Shown: positions 24,807-37,350 of the stretch, in pieces
Layout of the letters: each line of letters starts with the position of its first letter
Position numbering within the stretch: position 1 is the stretch's first letter
Assembly: GCF_009914755.1 (NCBI RefSeq)
Contig: NC_060930.1
Strand: one strand, 5' to 3'
Length of the DNA stretch: 64,000 nt
From: the human T2T-CHM13v2.0 reference genome, Homo sapiens
The notes under the pieces: model-generated
The model's database searches: none
Seen by the model: only the letters and a program-made list of their open reading frames with translations
What the model was told of the DNA's origin: nothing
Made by a program: the position numbers and the translations under genes

Positions 24807-25863
24807 TATTTGATTTATTGCATAACAAATTCGTCAGTTCCTGGTCTAACATATCACAGTCTACTTCTGGAGTTACTTGTGGTAATGTTTGAATTTTTAA
24901 AAAATATATGAAAAAATAATATAAGTCTTTAAAGACAAATAAAAATTAAACTAAAAGGCATAATAAAAAGTCTACCTATTTCAGTAAATTAGACAGTATC
25001 TGTTTTTGTTCATTTTCTATAATATAACTGGAAATCCTGTTTGGCAGCAATTCAAGTAAGTAGTGCTACCAGATACATTCCATTTTTCTAGGAGATATCT
25101 ATTGTAACAATAAATTATTTTAATATGTCCCTACTGGTATAAGGGTATACCACGTATGTATGTATACCACTGTGTGTTATGACATACTATCTAATAATAA
25201 TACTGTTAATAATAGTTATATCATTATTAACAAGTTGTCACTCTTAGTTTGACAAGAATTGTTCTGTCAGGGACAGATGGACAATATTATTCAGCTAACC
25301 AATTGCTCTTTCTTTTTGTACCATGTCTAAGACATATAGCATCCTGTGGAGGACTGGGCATTTCTAGTACAGCCAGATACAATTTAACTACCTTCTAGTA
25401 ATCTGAGCATTGTGTCTCATTAAAAAATATTTCAAAAAATGAGCCACCTGTAGAATTTATAAAGGACGTTCCTTTAAAAAATGAATATACTTTAAACTGC
25501 TCACATAAATAGTTTCTAACACATATATCAGAATTAGCAAGTTAAGGCTATCCCTGTAATAGTCCACTTTTGACAAAATCACTTGTGAAATAAAAAAAAG
25601 AAAAAGAAAAAACTCTACTTGCTGAGTTCCTGCAAAAGATAATGTTTAACTTGTCAGATTGATTTTTTAATCAAAATTCAAAATAATGGAATAAAAATTT
25701 AACAGCTTAAAGGTCAAAGTTAGTTAATGCATATCTTCAAATTTGCAACTGATTTACTTATAAGTAAAAACATCCACAAAGTTTAATTGATTTTCCACCT
25801 CGTACACTGAGAAATAGTATTTTGTACCTCTTGAATAATTCACAAGTTTGAATCCTAAGGCAT

Positions 25864-25930
25864 ACATATATATGTGTGTGTGTGTATATATGTGTGTGTG
25901 TGTGTGTGTGTATATATATTTATATATATG
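25864..25930. repeat. Compound (TG)n/(TA)n microsatellite
   Basis: Read directly. Confidence 0.9.
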
Positions 25931-26141
25931 CTGTATTTATGCCTAATTATTCTGGCTACAAAGGTCAAAAGGACAAAGTGGCCACAAGTTATAATGGGTT
26001 GGAGAATTTGGATGGAATGTGGATCTAAATTACTGTGTTACGTTAACTTGTTGAAATCTTATTGCTAAAATTTTGCACTGCTAGGCAGTAAACCAGAAGA
26101 AAAAAAAATAAATTGAGAAAGTGTTAATTTTTAAGCAAGTT

Positions 26142-26675
26142 TGACAAAGATTGAGTTTCATATGACAAATATTGTCAGCAAGACAGGATTCTGTCAGTGG
26201 AAGAAGTTTAAACATTAACAATTTCTGTCAGGCTGTTGACACAATCATGGCAGACATTTCCCAAGATGCCGAGATGACTGCTGGCATTTGTCAACAATCC
26301 TGTCATAGTGACAGCAATAAGGCCATGTCTGGAAATGTGACAGTTTTGGCTTTGTGCTCCCCTGAGCAATAGCCCAGGTGTTCAGAGAAAGTGTGGGAAA
26401 ACCCATATTTCTGCATTGTCATTCGAACACAGAAAACACAGGAGGAAAATGAGCTGTCACTCCAATTCCCATGATGCCTTGCTGCTTAGCATAACTCTAC
26501 AGTGCGGCCCTGGGTCCACTGGTCCATATTCTGACAGATAATTAAGAAAGCAGCAGCTTTTTCTAGACGGCTCTTCCTCATGATTTGCATTTTAGCCAGA
26601 GGCGACCAGTTATAAAAAAAACATGATGGAAAGATGGTAAGAAGCCAATTAGATGGATGGATGGCTGACTGACAG
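26142..26675. promoter_or_regulatory. Candidate enhancer: homotypic TGACA(G) TALE-homeodomain motif cluster
   Basis: 14 TGACA/TGTCA pentamers (8 full TGACAG/CTGTCA) in 534 bp with no recognisable repeat. Confidence 0.5.
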
Positions 26676-27332
26676 CTCTCTGGTATTACGACTCCAGATT
26701 TCAGACTACATAGCCTGGCAGTTTTCTACAAGAACCAACTTTTTTGCAGGTTGGTAAAGCTGTTAAATGTGGGACTATATATAGCTCTATATAATTTTTG
26801 CAAAGTTGTACATTTTCCTTAAATAAGCATGTATTCTTTTCAATCAGGGTTTGCATTAAACAAGTTTCAACAATTTAATCACAACTTGCATCACTAAATT
26901 TAGCAATATTAAAATTCTAGACAACTTGTAGGCACATTAGCTGTGCCAGTAGAGAAGTGATTAAAAAGCTGAGAAGTACTTTGAGCCAGCAGAGATAAAG
27001 TGAGCTAATAATTACAATGTCTGTGCAAATATGCTTTGGAACTTTGAATTGTACATTGTTTGCTTTTAAGCAAATAAAAACATAGACCCTAAATTTCCTC
27101 TCCGTCTTTAGATCTTGCACACATATATTTGGTTATTATCCCTGTTCAGGGTATAATATATGCTTGTGTGTCTGTTATTTTAGCTAATTTTGAAATTTTA
27201 AAAAAATAAACTGTTAGTGTCAAGCTTCCAGTTTGGCCATGATATTCTATAGCTTCTAGCCAATAGGAGTCAACTCTTCACAATATTTTACAGTTTGGAA
27301 GCTTCACCAATGTTTCCTGTGTACTGCATGCC

Positions 27333-27344
27333 GTGTGTGTGTGT

Positions 27345-27382
<38 letters not shown>

Positions 27383-27462
27383 CTTGTCATATATATATTA
27401 ATATATATTATATATCAGATACACACATATTAATATATATATCAGACACACACAACACACAC
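27333..27462. repeat. Compound (TG)n(TA)n...(CA)n low-complexity repeat
   Basis: Read directly; includes duplicated tatatcaga(t/c)acacaca. Confidence 0.9.
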
Positions 27463-29824
27463 ATTGTTAAAAGCAAACAATTTGCTATTAGTTCGGCATG
27501 TCTTCATTTGTAGTTTGAAATAAGAAATTTTTCTTTCAAATTGTAAAGATACCTCAGATTTGATTTTAATCTTGAAATATGAAGGGTAGGTAATTATTTC
27601 ACTATACATTGAAGTTCCAGTAAGGAATATTAACCCAAGGCAGAAACGTGAGCATATTTTCTTACTGTGGGTAATGAATCTTCTACAAACTGAGGATAAT
27701 CATTAAACTAATGGTAGGTCTGAATGTTTTTAGTTGCTTAAAACTAAACAATATACATTTTAAAGTTCCATGTATATCGCTCAAACTACACTGATATAAA
27801 AATCCACAACACACATAAAGAATGAGTGAGAACCATTTCTCTTTGTTTTCTTTTTAAACTGTACTAATATTTGTCATTTTGCTCTGTTGAAATTAGATAT
27901 GCTCAGTATACTAATAACAATTCTAAAAAAATTCTAACTGCACATACTTAAAAAGTTTAAACAATTACTCCTTTAAACAAGTTCAAAGAAGTAATTTTTC
28001 TCCCATAGACATAATATAATGCAAGTAGAAATAGAAATCATCCTGAAGATTTTTTAAATTATTTTTAAGGAAATTCGTTTTTTTCAATACCCAAAGCCCT
28101 TATACAATTAAAATACTTTTACTATTTAATATTTTACTTCTTTCCTCATTTTCTATTTTAAGGGGAGAAATGCTGAATATAAAGTGTCCCAGTAAAGAAA
28201 TTCTTTAAATAAGGAAAGTTAAAAAGCTTTGAAACATGTGCCTCTATGGTTGGATATTTATGCTTGGAGTCTAGCAGTTTTCTGTTTTTAAATTCCTCAT
28301 GTCTTCTGCTTTCATCAACTCCTCATACTTTGTATTGAAATTTATTTCACTGTTGGATTATCTTATTTATTGCACAATGGCAATACATTATATCTTCACA
28401 AGGTCTTGAGGAAGTTGTGGGTTTTCAGAAAAAAATAATTAGAATTGAAATTTGAGGAATTGTGTATTGTATACAGATTTTAAAATAACAACTCCTTGCA
28501 AATTTTGTTTTGTTTCAAACTATGCATTAAGAGACAATTTTCGTTTAAGGGACAATCTGAAGAGCAATATTTATTGAATTGAAATGAGTTCTGAAAATGC
28601 TCATTTTGAAAGTATCACTATATCACTGTAGGTTAAAGAGACATGTTTCTAAATAAAAAACAAAGTGTGTCATCATCAAAACAAAACTACATCTCACCAC
28701 AAAACTTATGAGGTTGTGCCTGGAAAATGTAGTAAAATTCATTGGAGCCTATTTCTACCATCATTTTCATATTAAACTTTGCAATTTGAGTGACTGGAAT
28801 TTGAACTTAAACAGTGAAGGGAAGCATAAAGGCAAGTTTCCTACAAATTGTTTTTCTTCAGTATATCTATATTTCTAACGGAATATTTGGTTAAAGATTT
28901 CCTTTCCTAGTTTCAAAAGAGAATTATTTTTAAGACACATTATGAAAATGGCTAATATTCTCTTCAGTGCATTTTATACTGCAAATTAAAAACTTAAGTA
29001 AAAAACATTTAAGATGTGAATGTTAAAAAATGAAGGAAAAGTTCATTTTCCTGAGGTTTTTTTTCTAGATAGTTTATAGAAATATAGCTTCATTTTATAA
29101 TCTTATAAAAATCAAATTCTTCGTTCAATATTTATAGGCACTTTCCATAAGTAATGTAACAATTGACCTCAAACATCTTTTAATAACTTTTAAACCATGT
29201 CATCAAAGAATAATATTGTTTATGGAACATTTAAAAATCATGTCATTAAGGAATAATGTTGTTTATGTTGAATTGCTCTTTAGCACCTCATACACTTTTC
29301 TAACTTTGTAAACACCCAAATGACCCTGCAAACCACCAGTCATAACACACTGGTGAAATATTTGCCTCCTTTACTTATTGGATATAGAGCAGTTTCCAGG
29401 AGCCAAGGGATTACATAAAATCTGCTCACTTTGCTGACTTGGAATGAAGTCTGGCAGTTCATTTACATGTTATTTTGAGAGAGAGAAAAAAAGAGCAGAG
29501 AGTATTCAAGGGACAGAGACACTGAGAGAAAAAAAATCAGCAACATTTCTTTGTTATACTATGTTCGTAAATTGTGCAGAATTTCATTTAAATGAATGGT
29601 TTGAATTATGTAAGAAATTCAACCAATAACAAGGCATAGATACAGAAACCACAAGCTTCCTAAAGGCTGCAAATGTGTATTGATCCCAATAGTCAAACAA
29701 GTCTTTCTCTCTTTCTCCCTACCCTCTGAGAGTCACTCTTATATTTCATTTTAAGCACATTACTGCCTGTCTTGTGTAACAGCTATCTGTAAGCTTTTTA
29801 AAGGCAGGGGCTGAAGATGACTTG

Positions 29825-29826
<2 letters not shown>

Positions 29827-29857
<31 letters not shown>
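29827..29857. repeat. T31 homopolymer within a degraded L2-like 3' end (about 29750-29910)
   Basis: 31 consecutive T. Flanks ctgtaagctttttaaaggcagggg and tagtagagtctcaaaattgattgaat resemble the L2 tail. Confidence 0.85.
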
Positions 29858-29862
<5 letters not shown>

Positions 29863-30799
29863 GCTAACAATATCAACTTATAGTAGAGTCTCAAAATTGA
29901 TTGAATTTAATGTAGACTTTCACCTGGCTTTGCAGCCGTTGGTTCTCATACCTGAGGCAGGTTAACAACCCAATTGACTAGTTAGTTCCGTGGGCCCAAG
30001 TTGTGACTCAGCCAGCCAGTTTTGCTATATTTCTCAAGCACAAGCAGAGCAAAGTTGAAGCACAGGCCTTGGTTGCCAGATTGGATGAGCAATGATGCTC
30101 AAGACTGAAGGAGCAATCCATGTTCTAGTCATCATCATCACATCATTCGATCACTGTAATCTATCATCTGTCTAAGGCTGACCATTGTTAAGCATCTATG
30201 CTATAGAGAATAGTTCTTATACGTATGACTTGTTTACTAGTTAATTGGTTAGTTTCAAGGCAATAGTGACTTCCATAAGGAAAACTATCCTGTATCTGTA
30301 GATAAACACGGTAGAATATTGGTGATTTCTTACCCTTTAACCCAATTTTATTGAGTTGATCCTTCAAACATCCTTGAGAAGTAAATATTTTAATCCTCAT
30401 TTTGCGTATTTCATATACAAGGAGTTACATGACTTTCTCTAGGTCTGATATCTAGTGTGTGGCAAAATAAAATTTGAGCTGAAAGCTTTCTGATTTTCAA
30501 ACTTCTCCTCCTTTCATTGTGCCTGACTTTCTTAAAAATAATTAATATCATAATTGTTAGCATAAAAATAGGTTCCAGTTTTATTGTATGCATTTCTGGA
30601 GAAAAAAACTTATGAATAAGAAATTAGTAGTGTTGTGTACCTTTGTACATGAGTAGCAACTTTATTTATTTTAATTATGTTATTCTCATGTTCTCAATAC
30701 AAAACAAAAATTTTCTTATCATCTGCAGAGTTTTGACTTGCTAAATAGGTAAAAATATTTGGACACTAATCTTGTTTATAAATTTAATTTAGGGAGGTA

Positions 30800-31370
30800 G
30801 AAGAATAAAAGTAAGAGAATAAAATCATAAAGTCTGTACCTTTCTGGATCTCAGAATCTGTTAGAAAAAAACACAAATAATTCTAATACAATACTTGATA
30901 CACACATTATAATGTCTTTGTGCTCAGTCTTGTTAAGTGATTACACTGACCAGGATAGGAAAGAGAACACTTCAGTTAAGAAGAACAGCATGAGCCTGAA
31001 ATATGAGTGAGAGTGCCAAATTATCGCAAGCATCTAGAGCATAGGGTGAATGCTATGAGGGAGGCTTGTCGGGGGATGACTATGTTGAGAAATAATCCTG
31101 GAAAATCAGGCTGGGACAAAATAAAGGAGTCGCTTTCTTACCAGACTAAGAAGCTTACACTTACTTCTAACGGAAATTCATCTCCGAGTCTCACTAAGAT
31201 GTGATCAGATTTGTGAATTGGGATAATTTTAAAAGCAAAATGGAGCAGGGATGGAAAGTAAAAAGTTTGGTGACAGAGAGACCAGTGTGGGGACTGCTTC
31301 AGTGACAGGAATGATGAGTAACTGAGCTAAGACTGTGACAGTGAAGTATAGAGATGAAGGTTTTATTACC
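30800..31370 (-). mobile_element. Degraded LINE-2 fragment
   Basis: agaagaacagcatgagc, cagactaagaagcttacacttacttct, gatgtgatcagatttgtg, gagagaccagtgtggggactgct. Confidence 0.6.
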
Positions 31371-34300
31371 GGCCAGCCCCAGTTGGTAGCATATCAAAAA
31401 CACCTCAATTCTTTGCAATTTCCTGTAGTTTTCTAACACTGATAACAGCTTTACTTTCATTAGATTTAGGCCGTAAATCTGCTGGTAATTGCCCAATTTG
31501 ATTGTTAAGCATAGTTCTCTGTCACCAGTGAAGAGCTGGAGCAGAAGTAGAAAATGTTCAAGTATTTTCTTCTTCTAGGGAAACAGTTCATTATATTAAT
31601 ATTAATTTTTTCTATGTTTATTTTTTCAACAGAAGGTCATACATATGCTATTGGAGAGTTCACAGCTAGCCCCTCACTACTCAAATTGTGGGTGTTATTG
31701 CCAGACTGCGGAGATGCACAAGAATTGACTTGAGAAGCAAGGAGATTATTCATGTTCCTGCACACTCTGTTATCTCTGGGAGCTCTTAATCAATGCAGGG
31801 TGAGAGCCAGTTAGCATGACTGAGGTTAGGGTAAACGGGCTGTTCAGGGAAAGATAAATTAAAATGTGATTATTATTCAAATTGGAATATAGAGAACATA
31901 ATCCATGATGGAAGAGAAGGAGAATAATAGAAATAAATAAAAATTTACCTACTGAATCACTTGCTCTATTGAATCTAGTCCTTGAAATTCCAAAGACATT
32001 ATAATATGCTATGACTAAAGGGAATGATTTGGGAGATTTATACTCTATCTTTATTGGCTCCTGCAGATATGCTGAAATACAAATTCTCACATGCTGGAAA
32101 TGTCTACTAAATGTACCTTGATATACAAATTAAATTCTCCTATAGAAAACTGTACTGTACTCAAAAACCTATATACAAATAAAAAGACTAAATTCTAAAT
32201 AACAGTTGATGGTTCCGTGATTATGAAGAAATTCTAGTCATAAACACCAGAATTTAGGTTACAACTTTGGAGCTCATTAGGGCTTTAATAATGTAATTTA
32301 CCGAAAAGATTTTGAAAATACTTTGTTAATATTTAAAAGCATGATTTCCTTATTTAATAATAATTTATTCTACAGCTAATTTGAAAAAGTGTTAGTCATA
32401 AATGTGTTTACTTTGTCTTGTTCTTGAAGATATTGCTGCTAATGTAAAAGACCAGTGATTTAAATTCATGTATGTCTTAGTTGCATGAACCATTTTACTT
32501 TATTTTTCTTAGATTGTGCCTATAAACTTCTATATCTTGGTGAGCTTCTCTTTTTCCTAAAAATGTTACCTACCATGTGTTTTTATTCCATATTTTCATC
32601 ATATAGTTTGACCTTTTCCTTCACAATCTAGTTTCTAGATAGTTATGTTCACTACTGAGATTTCAGCTGTCTCTGGCATATGGCCTTAATGTTAGATAAC
32701 TTATAATCAGCAATTACTAGAACTGATAACAGACCATGGAAATTCAGATAAATCTTGGGGAATTATTTTTAAAAATACCTTGACATTCTCTCTCTGGATA
32801 GATGCATTCACATACATTGCTTTAGCTTCTTTTCACTTACAGATATCCGGGTCAGAGCAGATAAAATTCAAGCCGCCATGAACATGCTGTGCTTTGCTGT
32901 GCTTCAGGGGAGAACTTCCAAACCACCTTTATTCAGAACAGCAAAATACCTGTGGTTTAGGCTCATCAACCATTGTCTGTCTTTCTGCTCTTCTCTCTCT
33001 AGAGATAGTAGAGAAAGCTAGGCTGCCACATAAACACTTCAACTTCAGGGAAATTGGAAGCTATGAAGTACTTCAAGCATTACAAATTCACCCCTTCTGT
33101 CTTGTTTTTCTATCTCCCTTCTTTTTTCCCTCCTTTATTGTCATCTGTCTTCAAATTTAAATCTTGAAAATTAGGGAATATTTACATTGATAGAAGTCTT
33201 TGAAAATATCATTTTTATTATTAAGAAGCAAAATATAATTTTGTACCTTTCAGTCAATATGAAATGGCCAATTATGTTTAATTTTACAAACTGAATAAAC
33301 CTTATATAAAAAATGTGAACTATGAAAGGAGCATGGCATTTATCATTCATTTTTTGCAATGCTTTAATTTAAAAGTAAAAGTATTGCTGTAAAATATGTG
33401 GTCTTTCAAAATGATGAATTAATTCACTTGACATTTTTGGTGTTGTTTGAAATTACTTTCAGGTGATGCTGTGATATTAACTACTACATGTTCTTTGATA
33501 TATAACACAAGAGATCTTGAACTTATTTTCATGATACCTAGACAGACCCCTTTCTGTTCATGATGGCTAAAATATCAAGTTTTTTTCCCCACAGATCATT
33601 TAATTTTTTATATCATGAGTATATTACAATATTGCGGTATTCATCAAACTTGAATAAAATTTTTACCCATTAAAAAATAACTAATTCTCAAAGATGTTCA
33701 ATTTTAACATGAATCATTTTATTTTAATTAAATATGTGTAAACATAAAATTGGTACAAATTCTTTATGATGGATACTATTATACAACTCTAAAAGCCAAA
33801 TAAATTTATATGTCAAATGAAAAAATAGAAACAAGAAAATTTATTTTATATGACTGAAGAAGTCACTTTTCTGCAAAACAATTGCTGCCAGCAATATGAA
33901 TATAACACAGCTATCACACAAGATCATGCACTGAATCCTATGTGATAATGCAATTCTCCCACTACTTTCTTTCCATTTACATAAAAGCAACAATAACAAC
34001 CAAAACTTCTAGTTCTTATCATGTGTCTTAATATTATTTCTCCTTCATTTGTTGTAAGAAATTATTTGCATATTAAATGCTTTCTGTTCTATGCTTTTCT
34101 CATTAGCCCAAGGTCATTGATAAAGTATTCTTTTTCTCTTTGTGACTGTAAGCACAAATGAAAATACGGATACTGAAATTGCATGGCACTAGCAAATCAT
34201 GAAGGGGCCATTAAAATGATCAAAAATGTAAAGATTTTCTAGATTATCATTTTAAAACCTAAAACCTCCCAAAATATAAAATTTTGTTTAGATTTTTGAT

Positions 34301-37064
34301 AGCTCCTGAGACACATTATTTGAACCTCAGAGACATGTTTACTCTTGAGAAACACTAGAGAGAGTTGACTGGTAGTAGGTTGATCATCATAAAATCATTC
34401 CTTTTCTAATGTCCATATTTTTTCTTCAAAATGTTTATGAGATAAGGCACAAAATAAGAAACTTAACCAAAATTTTAGTTTAAGAAGGACAATATTAAAT
34501 GTTAAAATCCATGATTTTTGTAAATCTTCGTAATTCTGCTATACAGACTGAATTCTGTACTTTTAAGTTGACTTGAATGAAAAGTCAAAGACTTTTAAAT
34601 AATTAAGTTATCTCATGCATTCAATTAGCACACTCAATAACAAAAAATTGCACTCAATAACAAAAGAGGCATTCATTGATAAATGCAAACTTTTGGGAAG
34701 CCCAGAATAAATATGAGTTAAACTGGATTTCCTAAACCTATTCTATTAATGTCTCAGCACAGGACCATAAGAATTCATCTTCTAAATGAGCACTGGACCA
34801 CACCCACCTCCAACACAGGGTGGACTTCCTTTGAGTTAATGTTGTGATGCAGTTGGTAAAAGGATGAATGTGGGCTTAATTGGCTTTTCTAGATAGAGCA
34901 CATTCCCAATCTGATCAGACAAGGTTCCTAGCTGTTACTGCTCAGGACCTTTGCATTGGCTTTTCCTTTTGTGTGGAATGCTCTTCTGCCAAATATCCAG
35001 TATCCCCTAAAATGTTGTTTTCTCAATTATCAGCTCCTAAGAAATGCTTCCCTGAATTTCCTATGTAAAATAACACTGCCTTTATTACTTCTCTTTATTT
35101 ATCTATTAGAGTCTGAAGATACAACAATACAGTCTCAACCAACCTTGAAGAGTCTTTTGGGAAAACAACTTCTTAAATATATAAAGTCAGTATACAAGCA
35201 GTACTCATATGAGAAGATAAAGGCATCTTTAGGGTACTTTAGGAACTCAGAGCAAGAACCCATTGTGAAGGTTTGAAAAAGATTTTCTGAGAGAGATGGT
35301 GTTTGATCTGGATCATAAGGAATGGGTCATAGTCAAAGAACTAAAGTAAGAAGGGGTTTCAAGTCAGAATAAATACGAATGAATGAATGTATAGATTTGT
35401 AACACAGCCTGAGGAAATTACATTGATTGGAAAAGCACAAAATTAGAAGGTAAGAAAGTTGGGAAATTACATTTCTGGATAGGTTTGAAAATACACGTGT
35501 AGATATGTTCCCCTTTTTTGGCAGTTGTCCAAACCCATAGCCCTTGCAAAAGCGGCACTCATCAGGGACCATTTTAAATTATCATGTAACTTTCATCTTC
35601 CCAGAATTAGCTAGAAACAACTGATTGAATCAGGAGGCACCAAGGAGCTGTCTCATTAAATAATGATTGACCAATCAGATTCTCATTCACAGCAATTCAA
35701 ACTGTAAGGTCTAGAAAGAGGTCAAAATTCATTTAGTGGCAGAGTTTGAATGTAGGTGATGGTAAACCAAAGCCATTTACAAGCAGGCACCAAGGAGGGA
35801 ATAACTTATGAGTCATAAAGGAGAATGGCAAGCAGTCATAAGAAGACAGAAGAAAAATAAGACAAGGCAGAGGGAGGCAAATGGGAAGAAAGATATCAGT
35901 TTCCAATTTTCAATTTCTCACATCCAGTCTCTTTAGTTCTAGCTAATCTTTGCTTCTTGACCACAGATACTCGTTAGATTATAAGTTACCTTTTTCAAAG
36001 GGTATTTAATAAATGGCACTCCTTCTGTCACAGTTTTTATTGGATCCAAAGATGGTAGGTACCAACCAGTGCCACAATCCAAAGCTGGGGAGAGACTGGA
36101 CTTTCAAAGAGGTATTCAAAATCTGATTTTAGTCCTTAGCACCTCACATACGTGAGTGTGTTGAAGTTGAAGAGAGGAATTTTTTTGAGAAAGGGAGAGG
36201 ATTATCAACGTATTGGAAGGTCTTTCTCTCCATGGAATAAGCATGGGACATGCCTCCTCCTCAACTAAAGTTTAGTGGAGTTTCAAATACCTTACCAGAA
36301 GAGCTTGATTTGTGTCCTCTTCGCCTGATGAACACAACCACCTGGTGTAAGAGTCATGTCTAAAAATTCTACAAATGAAAGTTGTGAATGGAGCTGCCTT
36401 TGGTTGGTGAATAAAGAGGCCTCAAATGTCAAGTAGCTGTTCTTTCACCCAATGTTGGTCCAGAGTACATGTCTGTTGGGGCCTATTTTGGAAACTGTAC
36501 TAAGGTGTAGGTCTCAGGCGTAGATGTAGCACCATTGAAGAGAGATCATTCAGCACCTGAGGTGGTGCTGAAGTCCCAACAGAAAGAGGGTGAGTGATGA
36601 AAATTCTCAGGACCTAAAGGAGGACCCACATGCAGGTGAAGAGAGTCCTTACCAGTTGTCAGAAGGTTATTATGCATAAGTCTCTGTGGAGTTATAAGGC
36701 AATTAGGAGATAGGTGATCAATTTTAAATAATTGCAATAGTCAGAACAAAGAAATGAGACATGACATCTGGGTCAGCTGAGTAAGATTTTTTTCTGTTTC
36801 TTATCCCTTCTCTCTTTCCAGCTCAAACCCTGGAGGGGTCAGAGGACTAACTGGGGCCAACAGCCATTAGCGAGGTACCAAGAAGCACAAGCAAAGAAAG
36901 AAGGTAGATAACTCATCTATCTTCAACATGGTCCCCAGAATGAAAGAAGTTCAAAGTTTTGGCTTTTACTCAGGATTAGGTTTTTCAGTTACTAAAATGA
37001 AGCTGTTATTGGGACTAAAAATTAACATTTGTTTTCTGCAACAGCAAAAGAGCTATAGATAGTA

Positions 37065-37350
37065 GTTAAAATTGTCTGAGATTCTTTGGTCAGGTTCCTA
37101 GAAGCAGAGCTTAAGACAAGGTTCTTGTTTAAGTGATTTTTGATGATATCTCTCAGAAGAAAGTGATTGGCGAAAATGGAATGGGGAAGCAAAAAGCTAA
37201 GCAGAGAATGATCTCTGCTGGAGAGCAAATTCAGTCTTCAGTCTGGTTCCATAGAGAAATTCTGGAGCAAATCACAGCATAGCATTGGACCCACCTCCAC
37301 CCACTGGTTGAATCCTATGGGGAGGTGGGCAGGGTGGGGGTGGGAGGTTT
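37065..37350 (-). mobile_element. Old ERVL LTR fragment (LTR16/LTR33-like)
   Basis: ggtcaggttcctagaagcagagcttaagacaaggttcttgtttaagtgattt resembles the antisense end of this group. Confidence 0.55.

Larger units (their letters stand above)
22175..24843 (+). mobile_element. MER58A (hAT-Charlie MITE) split by Tigger1: 22175-22343 plus 24807-24843
   Basis: caagggccagcaaacc...aataaagttttatt...ctaaaatatttac, then after Tigger1 tatttgatttattgcataacaaattcgtcagttcctg. 8-bp TSD gtctaaaa (22167-22174) / gtctaaca (24844-24851). Confidence 0.8.

Noticed and set aside
36238-36256. p53 response element
   Set aside because: Only one good half-site (GGACATGCCT); the neighbouring decamer fails RRRCWWGYYY.
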